A stretch of 63,803 nt of DNA, taken from NCBI GenBank assembly GCA_016748015.1, contig JAAOMT010000480.1:434001-497803 (forward strand). The letters are read 5' to 3'. A program made the position numbers and the translations under genes. Below, piece by piece: positions 24,336 through 37,100 of this stretch. Position 1 is the first letter of the stretch. Every line of letters begins with the position of its first letter. This stretch comes from Geosiphon pyriformis uo1 (Eukaryota > Fungi > Glomeromycota). A model generated the notes under the pieces. It searched no databases. It was not told the DNA's origin and saw only the letters and a program-made list of their open reading frames with translations.

Positions 24336-27300
24336 TTAAGCTCCTGTTTCTTGGTGAGATCAGGAAGTGTGATAAATGCTTCAGGGTTTGAATTAGAGTT
24401 TGAATCATCATAGTTTTCATTGCTATATTGAGTGGAGCTAGAACCGTTGTTTTTGTTGTCGTCATTGTCAGAGTTTGAATCAGAATTGAAAGTTGATTCC
24501 AATTCTGATGTGCAGCTGCTGATTGGTTCTTTTTCCTCTGGAATTGTGTAGATCATGCATGGTGGTGGATTGTAAATGAGATCACACTCATTACAATATT
24601 GGAAGTCACAGAAAATTAAGCAATGTTGACATAGTCAAGTATTCAATTGTTCTAGGCATTGCTTCTGCTCTTCTCTAGTGAGTGCTAATTTCTGGTAGTG
24701 TTCATGAAATTGTTCCAGGTCTAGAAAATTTATGACTGGTTCTGGGTCCCAATCAAGTTCTATGGATTCTAAGGGGTTGTTTTTGATTTCTCTGATTTTT
24801 TTAGGTAACACTTCTTCTATCTTGGCTATTGCCATTCTCCATATTTTGTCGTCATCATGTGAACAATTGTCTAATCACTGTACAGCTCTTTTCCAGGTGG
24901 CTTCAATTGGTGTCCCTTTCTTGACCCAATCGCTAATGAGAATTGTGTACTGGCACAAAGTGTCACATGTTCCTCCTCGACCAGGAATGTCATTCCACAA
25001 TTTTTTATTGGGTAAGGTTTTCTCACAAGCTAGGCAAGGTTTGTTGTCCCATTTTCCTTGCCATTTTGGTCATCCAAAGTGTTTTATAACACATGCATGG
25101 CAGTAGAATTTGGTTGCTGTTTGGTATTCTTTATCGTTGCCACAGCATGCACTCATTGATGACAATTTCTTGCTGCAATTAACTCATATCAGCTTTGGTT
25201 AATGACAGCTTGATTATTGTGATAGTATATATATGTAAGAGGTGTGAATGGCAGTTGGTAATAGCTTTTTTTCCTTTGCTTTTCTTTTCCCTTTCTCCTT
25301 CTCATCCCATTTCCAAGTTATTAGTTCTTCTGAATTATGATCAGTTTCCCAGGGTTAGTCAGTGTTCCAGATAAGTTCTTCTTTCTGCTTTTTTTTGTTG
25401 TTGTTGTCCCAGAAGAGTATTGACAGCAACTTGTTGTGGTTTTTGTCAGCCCAAAACACTTGATAGACTTCTCAGGTAGGTTTCTTCTCTTCTTTCTCGA
25501 ATTCGATAAGAGATACTGATGTGTTGAGGGTTTTGAAATGGCCATATGTGGCTGGTACTTGTGTGTGTTGACCATTCTGGCTGAGTTGGAGTTTCTGTGT
25601 CATCCAGTCAAGTATGGTATTGGTTTTAAATAACCAGTTATTTCTTATCAATGCCTAATATTGAGTTGCTTCCATTACTAGAACTTTGATGGAAATAATG
25701 ATGCCATTGACTTCAAAAAGAAAGTCATCAATTTCACCAATAGGGATTTTAGTTGTCCCATCAGTGGTAATTATGTGAGCACTAGCAACATGATCAACTC
25801 GGCGACCTAATTGGTCCATGAATTGTTATGTAATGATACTGCCAGCTGATCTGCTGTCTAATATTAGCTTAATGGCATGACCATCAACTTTCACATTAGT
25901 GTATATGGTGGTGATCAGTTTGGTGTCAAGAGTGGCTCCACTGAATAATAGGATTGTCATGGTTTCTTTGAGTTCAAAAGGAAAAATAGCTGCTAAAAAT
26001 TTGTTATGGGAGATGGTTATTGGTAGAATATTGCTAGTAAGTGACTGTTTTTGGCTGAATTCCAGGTTGTTGGATGTGGCATCTTCTGGGGTAACCAAAA
26101 GACTTAAATAGTGTTGGGAATTCAGATTTTGGGTGTACCCAATGCTTGAATTTTATTGTCAGGATCCCAATTGTTGCATTGAGAAACTGGAGATTGGTTG
26201 ATAGACTACTATCAATGATCTCCAACTTTGTTGTGTCAGTCTTGGCCTTTGGGTTCTATTTTGAGGTAAGTTCTGTGGCAGTGTTTGAATTGGTTGGGGC
26301 TGATAAATTACCTGAGGCTGTAATTGATAAATAGGTTGAGACTGCAGTTGATAAATGATGAAGTTTGTTGGCTGATAAGTTGGTAATTGATAGATTGGCT
26401 GTTGTGTCATAAGTAAGTAATTTGGTTGATATGGTGTTAAGTTGAGTTGATAATTCGGAGCTTGAAACTGGTGATTGGGATTTCAATATTGATTTTCTGA
26501 TCATGGGTTATTATTATAAGATTGGCAGTTGGCTCTAATGTGGTCTTGTTTACTACAGTTATGGCAGACACATGTTTCTTGTTGCCACAGCTAATTTGAT
26601 GATGGACACAACTGATTTTGGAAACAATTTGTGTTTTCTAAATTATTGCACCATTGTGGTGATTAATAAATTGCATGATTGTCAGCTAAATATCCTTTCA
26701 ATTTCTGATTAATTGATTCACTGAGTTGTTTCAATTTGGAATCCAAGTCAAATGATTTATTTATAACTAGGTTAATGACTTGTGCATGGTTTGCTTCAAG
26801 TTCTGCTAATTCAAAATCTCTCGCATTGGTAACTGTGTTTTGAAGAGTTTGTGAGTGCATTGGGCATACGCATTGAAGAAAACTACTGCACAGTCCATGG
26901 ATGAACTGGTTTAGGATCTGTGGCACTGTAAAATAATCAGCTTGAATTGCTTGAATTTGGCACAAGTTCTTGTGGAAGCATCTTAAATAAGTGGCAACTG
27001 CTTCAGTTTTTCCCTGTTTAATTGTAGTGAAAGTGTTGGCCAGGTGATTAATGCTGTTATTATTACTGAAATATCCCAAAAATGCAGTTTTAAATTCCTA
27101 AAATGTTTGAGATTTAACAGCTAAACTCTGATATCACGAGTTAGTGGTATTCTGTAGAAAATAGGAAATTGCTTGAAAGGCTCTGTCATCATTCCACCCA
27201 TTGGCTGCAATGGCTTTTTCCACATTGTTAAGCCATACTTGGGTGTTGTCCTCTTTGCCGGTAAATTTCTTTATTTTAGCAATTGAAGCATAAGCCATTG

Positions 27301-28130
27301 GTTGTTGTTGTGATTGCTGCTAGATTTGTTGTTAAAGTAGTGATTGTGGCTGTTGTTGCTGTCTGGTAATTGGTAGAGCTGGTAGTGAATTGATCACAAT
27401 TACTGGAGGTAAGTGTTGGTTAATTACATTAGAGTTTTGATTGTTTTGATTTTCCAGAGTTTGATTAACCAGAGTTTTAATTTCTGAATTTTTTAAGATT
27501 GGGTTTTGCTTGTTAACTTTCTGATCACTACTTTCTTCTTCCTTGGAGTCAGTTATTTCCCAAGGACTAATGGCTCCAAAATCTGGTTGTAGTGGTGGTA
27601 ATTGAATTCCTAATGGCATTGGAGATTGTGATTTAAATCCCTCAAAAAAATTGCCATATGTTTCTAATAACTTTGCTTTCTTTTGTTTACTTTGAAATAA
27701 GATTTTGTTTATTGTCATTGTTGTGTTTGCTGTAGCTGTGCTTATTATATTGATAGTGCTCCCAAGTATGTAGTAATATGATAGATTAACAGGTGAATTG
27801 AATCTTTGTTTCTTTCAAGTAGGTAGTTGGATTTGCTTTGGTGTTTCTGCTGATGTTTGTAATCTTTCTTTTCCTTTGTTGACAAAAGTGATAGAAAATC
27901 TCTGTTTGATGTATTTTTCAATTTTCCTGTTTATTTCTGTAATTAGGGGTGCAAATAGGTAGTTTTGTGGAAGGGTGGTGCTTTGGAGCAATTCACTAAA
28001 GAAGTTGTTGAAAGTGGATTTTAGATCTCCTTGGCCTCCTAAATGGTATATGATTCTCTCATTAACGTAGCAATTGAAAGCTGATTCTGTTGGCCAACTA
28101 TTATTTGTTAATCCGAGATGAGTATGATAG

Positions 28131-28785
28131 TGTTATAGTTGAAACCCATAATTTTTATTAATTATCACATGTATTAGCCACTAATGTCATATAATTAGCC
28201 ACTCTATTTTTAGATAGTGATCATTGACCTAATCAATAACCTGACCATTGACCTAGTCATTAACCACTTTCAATAGCTATAAAAGCAATAAGTCTCTTAG
28301 CTGTAGAAAATTATCTCTTAGACAAGAATCAAATAAATAAAAATAACAACTTTCATCTCAATCACTCTCTTATTGCTAATTTCTCTTTCCCTATCTTCAA
28401 GTATTCGAACATCTTAGGATAAAAAATTACTTGTTGGTCTTTTCCTGACATATATAATTGTAGCATTTGAAGATTATTTGAATAAACGTAACTGAAAAAC
28501 ACAAGTTAATACCTGATATTGAATTCTAAGAGTGTCAACATGAGGCATAGAATTATACCAGTGGTGATCAATTGTTGACAGTACAGACTATCTCTCTACC
28601 TTCAAATTCCCCAGTTACCTTTGAAAAGAATAGCAACTAAGATATTTTATGAGACTGATCTTGCACATTGAATCTATACTTATTCAATTCGCTCTTTAAA
28701 GTTGAATTCCCCTTTGATTATTTCCATCACCCTACAATCTTGTTCTTCCTTGCTATCTATTAGCTTGTTACTCCAATCTGTAACA
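28131..28785 (+). repeat. 5' LTR of G (655 bp)
   Basis: TGTTA...TAACA; TATAAAA at 28278; 12-bp CATTGACCTAAT repeats. Confidence 0.96.
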
Positions 28786-28791
28786 TAAAAG

Positions 28792-28808
28792 TGGTGCTCT
28801 CTGTGAGG
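28792..28808 (+). promoter_or_regulatory. Primer-binding site TGGTGCTCTCTGTGAGG
   Basis: Complement reads CCTCACAGAGAGCA-CCA, a tRNA-like 3' end. Identical to the F PBS (45773-45789). Confidence 0.85.
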
Positions 28809-28836
28809 TTGTCAAATTCACTTATTCCCTCATTGT

Positions 28837-30372
28837 ATGGGTGATTACTCATATCTGCCATAGTAATCAGAAGAACACTTTGCAGCACACAACAGAAACA
28901 ACCTAGATTTCATTGAACTTAATCCTCTGCCCTCCTGCTTGATCTGCTTTTCCATTGAAAAACAATCCAGCAGACAATTCCAAGACTTTTGAAACTGGTT
29001 CTTGAATGAGCATTCAGCTGAAACCTATACAACTTATACAACCTATTACTTTGATCAAGCTTATTTTGAAGACAACTTTAAAGAAAAAAACAACAATATC
29101 AATTAGCTCTTATATTCTACAACCTTTGAACAACAGCCTTCTGATTTTGAATATCTGAATCATCAAATCCACATTTGGATTGCTGTCCATTAATCAACAG
29201 TAACTCCCTTTGAAACAGAAGAAGAAAGCTACCAAACAGCCCCTATTTTTGATCTCTTTTTAAGTGAATCAGAGCACTCCACACAAACAGTAACTCCTGA
29301 ACCAATGGCCCAAGATCCAATGCAAGTAAACATCCTGGCCGCCCTCCAAGGCATACAAACTGCTTTGGAACAAAAAAACAACACCTCACTATCCCTATTC
29401 AGAGGTGATGCCCAAGATCTAATTGAATGATTAGATGATTTTAAAAGAGCAGCCACTGCAAACGAGTATGATAATGAATACAAGTTCTAAATCATTAGTG
29501 GCTACTTCCAAGACTCTCCTGCTACCTGGTTTTTACAAGAAACCAATGCTGGTGCTCAACAAAGAATTGTTAGATGGACCCCAGCAAATATTGGAGAAAA
29601 CAATACCTCTTTCACTACTCGATTTGAAAACAAATTTAGAACTCCCATCTTAATATCCAAATGGCATATGGAATTAGAAAGAAAAACCCAAAGTCCTGGT
29701 GAAATTGTGACTGAATATGCCAAAGCAATCAGAAAACTCATTAAGCGTGTAGACTCTGGTAGAAACTGGACTGAAAAGCAAAAGATCCACTCCTTTACAA
29801 AAAGATTGAGAACTGATTTATCGTATGCTCTTTGGCCTCTCTTGGCTCTGAAAGACAACTCTACAATGGATATGGCTATTGAACTCGCCCAAAAGATTGA
29901 AGATAACCAAAAAATGCATCTGGGATTCATACTTCCAATTTTTGCTCCTGCTCCTCAAGTGGCTGCTACTTCTTTTGCTGCCCAAACCCAAGACCCAAAT
30001 GAACAATTAATAGATAGACTCACAGCTAACCTTGCCCAGTTATTAGAACCATTGGCACAAGCAGTCAGAGATAACCAGCAACTATCAAGACCTAGATATG
30101 AATCTCATTTTAACCAGCCTCAGCAATCTCTCTATCAAAGACAGCAAAATCATGGTCCACCTGTGTGCTATTGTTGTGGATTAACTGGACATTATTCAAG
30201 AGATTGTAACAATCCTCCACTGCCTCCTCCAGCTCCCAGAAACAATGACAACCAAAACAACAGACCCAACAACAACAATGTCCCTAATCAAAGACCTAAT
30301 CATGCCAACATTAATTTCTTTGGAGAGGATCTCCTAGTTAAAGCCACTGTTTATTAGCTTTTAAACTGGTAG
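28837..30372 (+). pseudogene. gag: gag of G (capsid plus CCHC zinc knuckle)
   Basis: ATG 28837 is in frame with ORF 29668..30357; CYCCGLTGHYSRDC knuckle; probable true stop TAG 30370-30372. Confidence 0.88.
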
Positions 30373-30400
30373 GCACACTTCCAAAGGGTGAGAGTGCAAG
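30360..30400 (+). promoter_or_regulatory. Putative -1 ribosomal frameshift signal (T TTA AAC plus downstream stem)
   Basis: Heptamer in gag phase at 30360-30366; the -1 frame is open into pol ORF 30456; GCAC...GTGC stem ~6 nt downstream. Confidence 0.7.
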
Positions 30401-32427
30401 CCAACTAGAAGAAAATCTTTTTTACACTTTTAACTTAACTGATGATGACCATGACATGGATGAACTAGCAATCAACACCTCAGAACCAACCAGAAAGAAA
30501 AAAAAAGCCAAGGTTGATTTTGTTCTAGACTCTAACAAAGCCTCAACTTCTGCCATTGATAACAATGAGCCACCAAAGGCTAAAGTTTTTAAGAATCTTC
30601 TAAAGTTGGAATCCCCAGAAATTATACAAAAATCTGGACCTTATTTCGTTGTCAAAGATCTCATGAAAACCCCAGCACATATTACCTTTGGCCAGTTAAT
30701 GACCCACACACAGTTCAGAAAGGATCTTCACAAATCCTTGATTCCAAAGAAGAAGACACCAAAAACCAACAAGCGCTCTTGCCAAGTTGGACTTGCTGAC
30801 AACAGCAATATCACTCCTCTGATTTGTAAAGCCCAAGTGGCTGGATACTTCATTGACTTAATTCTGGACAGTAGATTATCTGTTAGTGTCATTGTCAAAC
30901 ACTTCTTGGAAACAATTGGTAGAAAGATTGATGAACCTTCTACTAGACCAATAACCAATGTACATAGTGACAAAAAGAAAGGACTGGGTATTGCCAAAGC
31001 TGTTCCTGTCCACATCAATGAAATCAGCATTGAAATTGACATGGAAGTTTTTGAAGCCAAGGAATACATCATCATTGTTGGCAATAAATGGCTCAAGAAA
31101 GCAAAAGCTTTGCTTGATTATAAAATTTGTGAATTAACCATCAGATGTGGTGAAAAACCCATTATGGTTAAATGTCGCCATTGGACAACTCCCCCAGTAC
31201 CCAAACAAAATCAAGAAGAAGAACAATCAGATAAATCAGATAATAAAGAGAGTGATGAAGAAGAAGAACAAAAAGAGCAAAAAAAAACTGCTGAACTCAC
31301 TTATACTACTTTCACCAGCAATGGCAAACCACTGGATAATGTTAAAGCAGACAAAGAAGGAATCATTGTAAATGGCAAGCTGATCTGCTGGCCTTATTAT
31401 GATATTCTTAGAAGAATCTTTGAAAAAAAACCTGGCAAGAAAGCCAAATACAGTTTTTGGTGACATGGTTCTTGTGCCCAGTGTTGGTGCAACAAACCCT
31501 TGTATTCTCCAAGCAATAAATGCAAATCATGCCTGATCTATTACAGAGATTGGGAACCAATCAGTTTGATACCCAGAGAAGAATTGAAAGAAGTACAGAA
31601 GTTCTTTGAGAATAAACCACCTGAGATCTAATCACTGGCTGTAGAACAAAAAAAACCCTCCTCAGAAGAAAGAAAAATAGACATTGAAAATTTGCTGACT
31701 AGAAATAGCCCAGTTATTTCCAAAGAAAGTGATACTTCTGGACGTACTCATGTGATACAACACACCATCACCACCAGAGAAACTCGACCCATCTATTTGA
31801 AGCCTTATCAATCCAATTGGCACAATGATGAGTTTATCAAGAAAGAGATAAACTAGATGAAAAAACTTGAATTCATACAAGAAACCAAAAGTGAATGGGC
31901 TTTCTCAGTTGTAGTGGTATCTAAAAAAGGTGGAACACTATGCTTTTGTGTTGACTACTGCCAATTAAATGCCATCACTGAAAGAAACATATACCCACTT
32001 CTCAAGATTGATGCAATGTTAGACCAATTCAAAGATGCTGCTTTCTTCTCAACTATTGACTTAACTGCTGAATTCTGGCAAGTAGAGATGGATCCAGAAA
32101 GTAGAAAAAAAACTGCCTTCATCACCAAGTATGGCACCTATGAATTCACAGTCATGCCTTTTGGTCTCATCAACGCCCCTTCCATCTTTCAATGCTTAAT
32201 GGATAAAGTATTTAAATCAGTCAAGAAAAACTTTGTTCTAGTCTATTTGGACGACATAATGGTATACTCAAAAATCTGGGATGAACATCTGGAACATTTG
32301 CAAAAGGTTTTTGACCTCCTCAGAAATGCTGGCCTCAAGATCAACCCAATCAAATTTTTCTTTGGAAGACAATCCACCCAGTTTTTTGGTCATCTTATCA
32401 CAAAAGATGAAATCTTTCCTGATCCAG

Positions 32428-33408
32428 TGTTACCGAAGGTTTTTGGTCTCTTTTCTTAAATGTTGTTAATGTTGATTTGTTGTGAATTCACGTTTCCAGG
32501 AAGTAGTTGGACCTCCAGTAACTGAATTTATCTTCAAATTATCTCCTATAATTTGAACTTGCTGGGCTTATGAGTGGAATGGCCAATTTTGTGCCAGTTG
32601 CTTTATGTAGTTATGTTGTAGTAAACATCAACTCTTTCCCAGAAATTGCTCATCTGGAAGCTTATTAAAAATGTGTAGTTACTTTGCTGTAAAAGTCAAC
32701 TTTTCTACAGAAATCTTGTCTGTAGGCTACCTTAATGATTGTAATAAGAAAATAAAAGAAAAATAAAAGAAATGTAAAAGAAATAGAATTTTGTCAAGAG
32801 AAACATTTTTTATCCAGGCCTGAAGTCACTAACAGTTTACTGAAATTGGTAGCTAATCAATTTCAAAACGTTAGTTGGGTTTTGAGAATTTTCCAAGTGC
32901 AATAATTTAAAGAATTTGGTTTTTCAAATTATTTGATATTTATTTCTTTTTGTGTGTGTAGAAATGGTTCTAAGTGATAAATCTAAAGTAAGATACATTT
33001 TCTCAAAGAGAGATGCTCTTTTTTTATACAACTTGTCATAACACTATTCTATAAACTTGAACTTTGCTATTTTCTACAATTTCACTGAACTAAAAATACA
33101 TTTTGGCAAACTACAAGTTATTTCTGCAAACTATTAGATATTTCAGTGAACTATCAATTATTTTGGTGAATTTCTACAAATTTCGGCAAACTTTTGAATG
33201 TTACCTAGTTTAGGGTATTGCATAATTTGATTATTGCAATTAGGTTACATTTGTGTTGTGTACAAATTAGGTTATTAATTAAATGATAATTTCGGACATT
33301 TTGCTAATGTAATAAGTAATAATTTGAAACAATAATATATGCTAATTAATGATAGGATTTATAAGATAATTTCATGCTAAATAATATCTCTAATTTTGTC
33401 TGGTAACA
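32428..33408 (-). repeat. 3' LTR of I
   Basis: Direct repeat of 41291-42271; TGTTACC...GGTAACA inverted termini. Confidence 0.97.
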
Positions 33409-34096
33409 TAATCTTCTCCTCAAGACTGAGCTCCATCGAAGTCCAAGTACTGTCTGTAATTTCCAGATAATAATCCACAATTATTGAAGAAATTTGGTCT
33501 GAAAATTGTTGAAATTTCAGTTCTGTGAGCTTTCCAATATATTGAATTTTCAAAAGTCATAAAATTGGGTTTTGTAGGACATTTTCACAGGTGTGGAATA
33601 GGTTATAAAGTCTAAGAGCAGCTCTGAGCTTGTAGCGACTGTTTGTTGGTCCAGCTGTTGTCTTGAATTCGTTGTGGAGTTGTTTCTGAATAGCTTCTTT
33701 TGTGAGGTTTGCTGTTGTAAGTTCTAGTTTCCGTTTATAGAGTGTTTTTCCAATGTGAAAATATCTATAGATTGGAGGATATTCAGTGTTTTCCTCATTG
33801 AGACACAGTTGAAGTCTTTGTTAAATTGTAGCATTTGGTGAAATACTAATCAGAGTGAGCATTAGGTTTTCTTTTAAAGCAAGCTTTAAAAGTTCTGGCA
33901 GGTGAATTCCAGAATAACTTCTTGTGTTCTTCTTATATGAGTGATATTTTCGCAAATTTGGGGCTAAATTTGTAACTACTTCTGTTTAGGTATAATTAAT
34001 GTGGTTTCCAGTAACAGTAATGAATAATTCGGGTATTGTTTTTAAAGCTAACATTAGTTTTTGGGATAATTGTTGAATGTTTTGAGGAATAGTCAT
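33377..34096 (-). pseudogene. Stand-alone env-position ORF3 of I (~239 aa, three premature stops), ending inside the 3' LTR
   Basis: Hand translation MTIPQNIQQLSQKLMLAL...YRYFHIGKTL...RAALRLYNLF...YIGKLTELKFQQF...IRDII*. Confidence 0.78.
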
Positions 34097-34199
34097 TAAA
34101 AGAGATTTGAAATAAAAGAAAATTATTTTTGGTGTATGAGTTTTTATGTTATTTTTGTTTTGATTGTTTCTAAATTATAAGGGAATAACTAGTAAAATT

Positions 34200-37100
34200 A
34201 AATTAAGTGTTCAGATTGAAAGGTTGTTCAATGACAACTATTGGTTCTAAGTTTTGGGATTAACTAAAGAGGAATATGTACCAATTTGTGGAATTAATAG
34301 TTCAGGATTGTTTCTGGAATGATAGTGTTTTAAACAATCTCTATGTGTAACTTTTGCTAGGATTTTGTCATCAAGTCTTAGCTTGTATGATCTGTTGCCT
34401 AGGACTTCATAGATAAAGAATGGTCTATCCCATTTATTTTCAAATTTTCCACTCCATTGTTTTTCAGCTTTAGTTCTGTGTAAGAGAACTTTGTTTCCGA
34501 TTTTAAATTTATTGGTGACTGGAGGCAATTTGTCATCATGCCATTCTTTTTGTTAAGCTTGAGAGTGTTCAATATGGGTGGCTGCTATTCGTCATTTTCC
34601 TTCCAATGTGCTAAGCAAAGTATAGGCTCTTTGCTAAAGTGTTTCTTGGAAATTGTTTTCATTGATTGGTTGTGCTGAGTATGTTTCCACTATGAAACTA
34701 ATTGGTAATGTTGCTGTCCTTTCATAAGTTAAATCAAATGGTGTGTGTTTTGTGGTATCTTGTTTTAGTGTTCTGTATGCTAGCAACACTGATGGAATAA
34801 AGATATCCCACTCTTGCTCAAAATCAGTTGAGACTTTGGCTAATGACTTATACAATATTCTGTTAAAATGTTTCACAAGTCCATTTGTTTGTAGATGGTA
34901 GGACAAAGACAGAGGTCTTTTGACATTGAATTGTTCACAAATTTCTTGTATCAGGTTGTTCACAAAGTGTGTCCCCTGATCAGATAAAAGTTCAATTAGA
35001 CATCTATGTCTACAAATGATGTCTTCATAGATGAAATTTGCTACTGATTTCGCATCTGCTCGTTGAATGGCTCTGGCTTTGGGCCATTTAGTAAGATAGT
35101 CTACAGCTACTGCAATATAACAGTTTTCTTGAGTGATAATAGATAGTGGTCCGACTAAATTGATACCAACTTGGTCAAAGAGTTGTCCAACTTTAATTGG
35201 ATTTAATGGTTCAGTAGGGCATGTTTCTCCTCTTCTTTGACAACTATCACAAGATTCAACATATTCATGAATATCTTTTCTCATTTGAGGCCAAAAGTAG
35301 TATTCTAGTGTTCTTTGGATGGTGCCATCTTTTCCGAAGTGTGCTGATAAAGAATCTGAGTGCATATTGTATAATATGATAACTTTTTTCTGTTCTTGTA
35401 TTAATCTGAGTGGTTTGTTTGGGTTTTTGAAATTTCGATGATAAATAATGTTGTTGTGTAGAAAATATTGTTTGGTTTGTTGTTGTAGTCGATGTTTTTC
35501 ATCTGGAGACCAATCTGTTGGGATTGTTAATGTTTCCAAATATTGCTTGAGATTGTTGTAGTTTTTTGAATTCATTGTTTGTTGGCTCTTTTGGTTGGTT
35601 AAGTTGAGTGTTGGTTTTTGTGTTTTCTAATCTTGTCTCATTCTGGAGAGACAGTCAACATTGGTGTGGAGTTTTCCTGGTTTGTGATGTACTATGTATC
35701 AATAGTTTGCTAGAAATCCTGTTTATCAGGTTTGTTTTGCATTCAGCTGAGTATTTTTGTTCTGAAGCCATTTGAGTCCAATATTATCAGTGATAATATC
35801 GAATTCTTTAGGCCTAAGATAAAGGTTGAAATGGTGTAGAGCCCAAATTACGGCTGCTGTTTCTAGTTCTGTGGCAGAATAATTTTTCTCAGCTGGTTTT
35901 AATGTTCTGCTGGCATAGGCGATTACTCACTCATTTCTATTGTTATCTAATTGTGATAAGATAGTACCAAAGGCAGTATAAGAGGCATCTGTTGCTAATT
36001 GGAATTGGTTGCTGAAATCTGGATAGGCAAAGATTGGAGCTGTTGTCAGTTTTTCCTTGAGAATTTCAAAAGCTTTTTGGTGTTCGGTAGTCCATTTGTA
36101 TTCAACGTTTTTGGTGGTGAACTGGTTAAGAGGTTTTGTAATTTCCAAGAATCTTTTGATAAACTTCTGATAGTAGGATGCTAATCCTATGAATCCTCTT
36201 AGTTCTGTAGTGTTTTGAGGAGTTTTGAAGTTTTTGACAACGCTGATTTTTCCAGAGTCTGGTGTGATTCCATCTTTACTAATGATATGCCCAAGAAAGA
36301 CCAGACTTGTTTTTCCAAAGTAGCATTTTTTGATGTTGAGTTTTAGTTCTGCTTTTCGTAATCATTGAAAAACTTCTTGCAGGTGTTTTAAGTGTAATTC
36401 GAACAATGGAGAATAAACATCAGTATCGTCAAAATAAATAACTACTAACTTCCAAAGAAGTCCTTGGTACACAACATTCATTAATCTCTGAAACATTGCT
36501 GGTGCATTGTATAATCCGAAAGGCATTACATTAAATTCGTAATTTCTGCCTTGGGTGGTGAATGTTGTCTTGGGGCAATCTTTGGGATCCATAGCAACTT
36601 GTCAGTAACCGCTTTCTAAATCTAGTGTTGAAAAGTATTTGGATTTTCCAAGGGCATCTAACATGTCATCAATCCGGGGAAGGGGGTAGGCATTTCCAAT
36701 TGTAATACTGTTGAATTGTCAATAGTCAACACAAAATTGGATCTTTCCATTTTTTTTTTTAACTAGCACTACAGGTGAAGTCCAAGAACTCATGGAGGAT
36801 TGGATAAACCCATTGTTAAGCATTCATTGTACTTCTTCTCAGATGAATTGGTGGCTTTCTGGAGCAACTCGATATGCTTGTTGTCTTCTTGGTTTGGCAT
36901 TTCCTATATAAATTTAGTGTTGGACCAAATCGGTTTTTCCTAAGTCATTGTTGTTTTCAGTAAAGATATCGGCAAATTCTGCAATTAGCTCTTTGAGCTG
37001 GATCTGTTGTTGTGGTTCAAGTTGTCCCATGTTGATTTGAGATAGTTTTTCCATGACAACATGGTAGTTTTCGGAGCTGGGGTTTGGATTGATTTTTGTT

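Noticed and set aside
33080-33192. CRISPR-like repeat-spacer appearance
   Set aside because: Units are only 20 bp, inside a eukaryotic LTR, with no cas genes.
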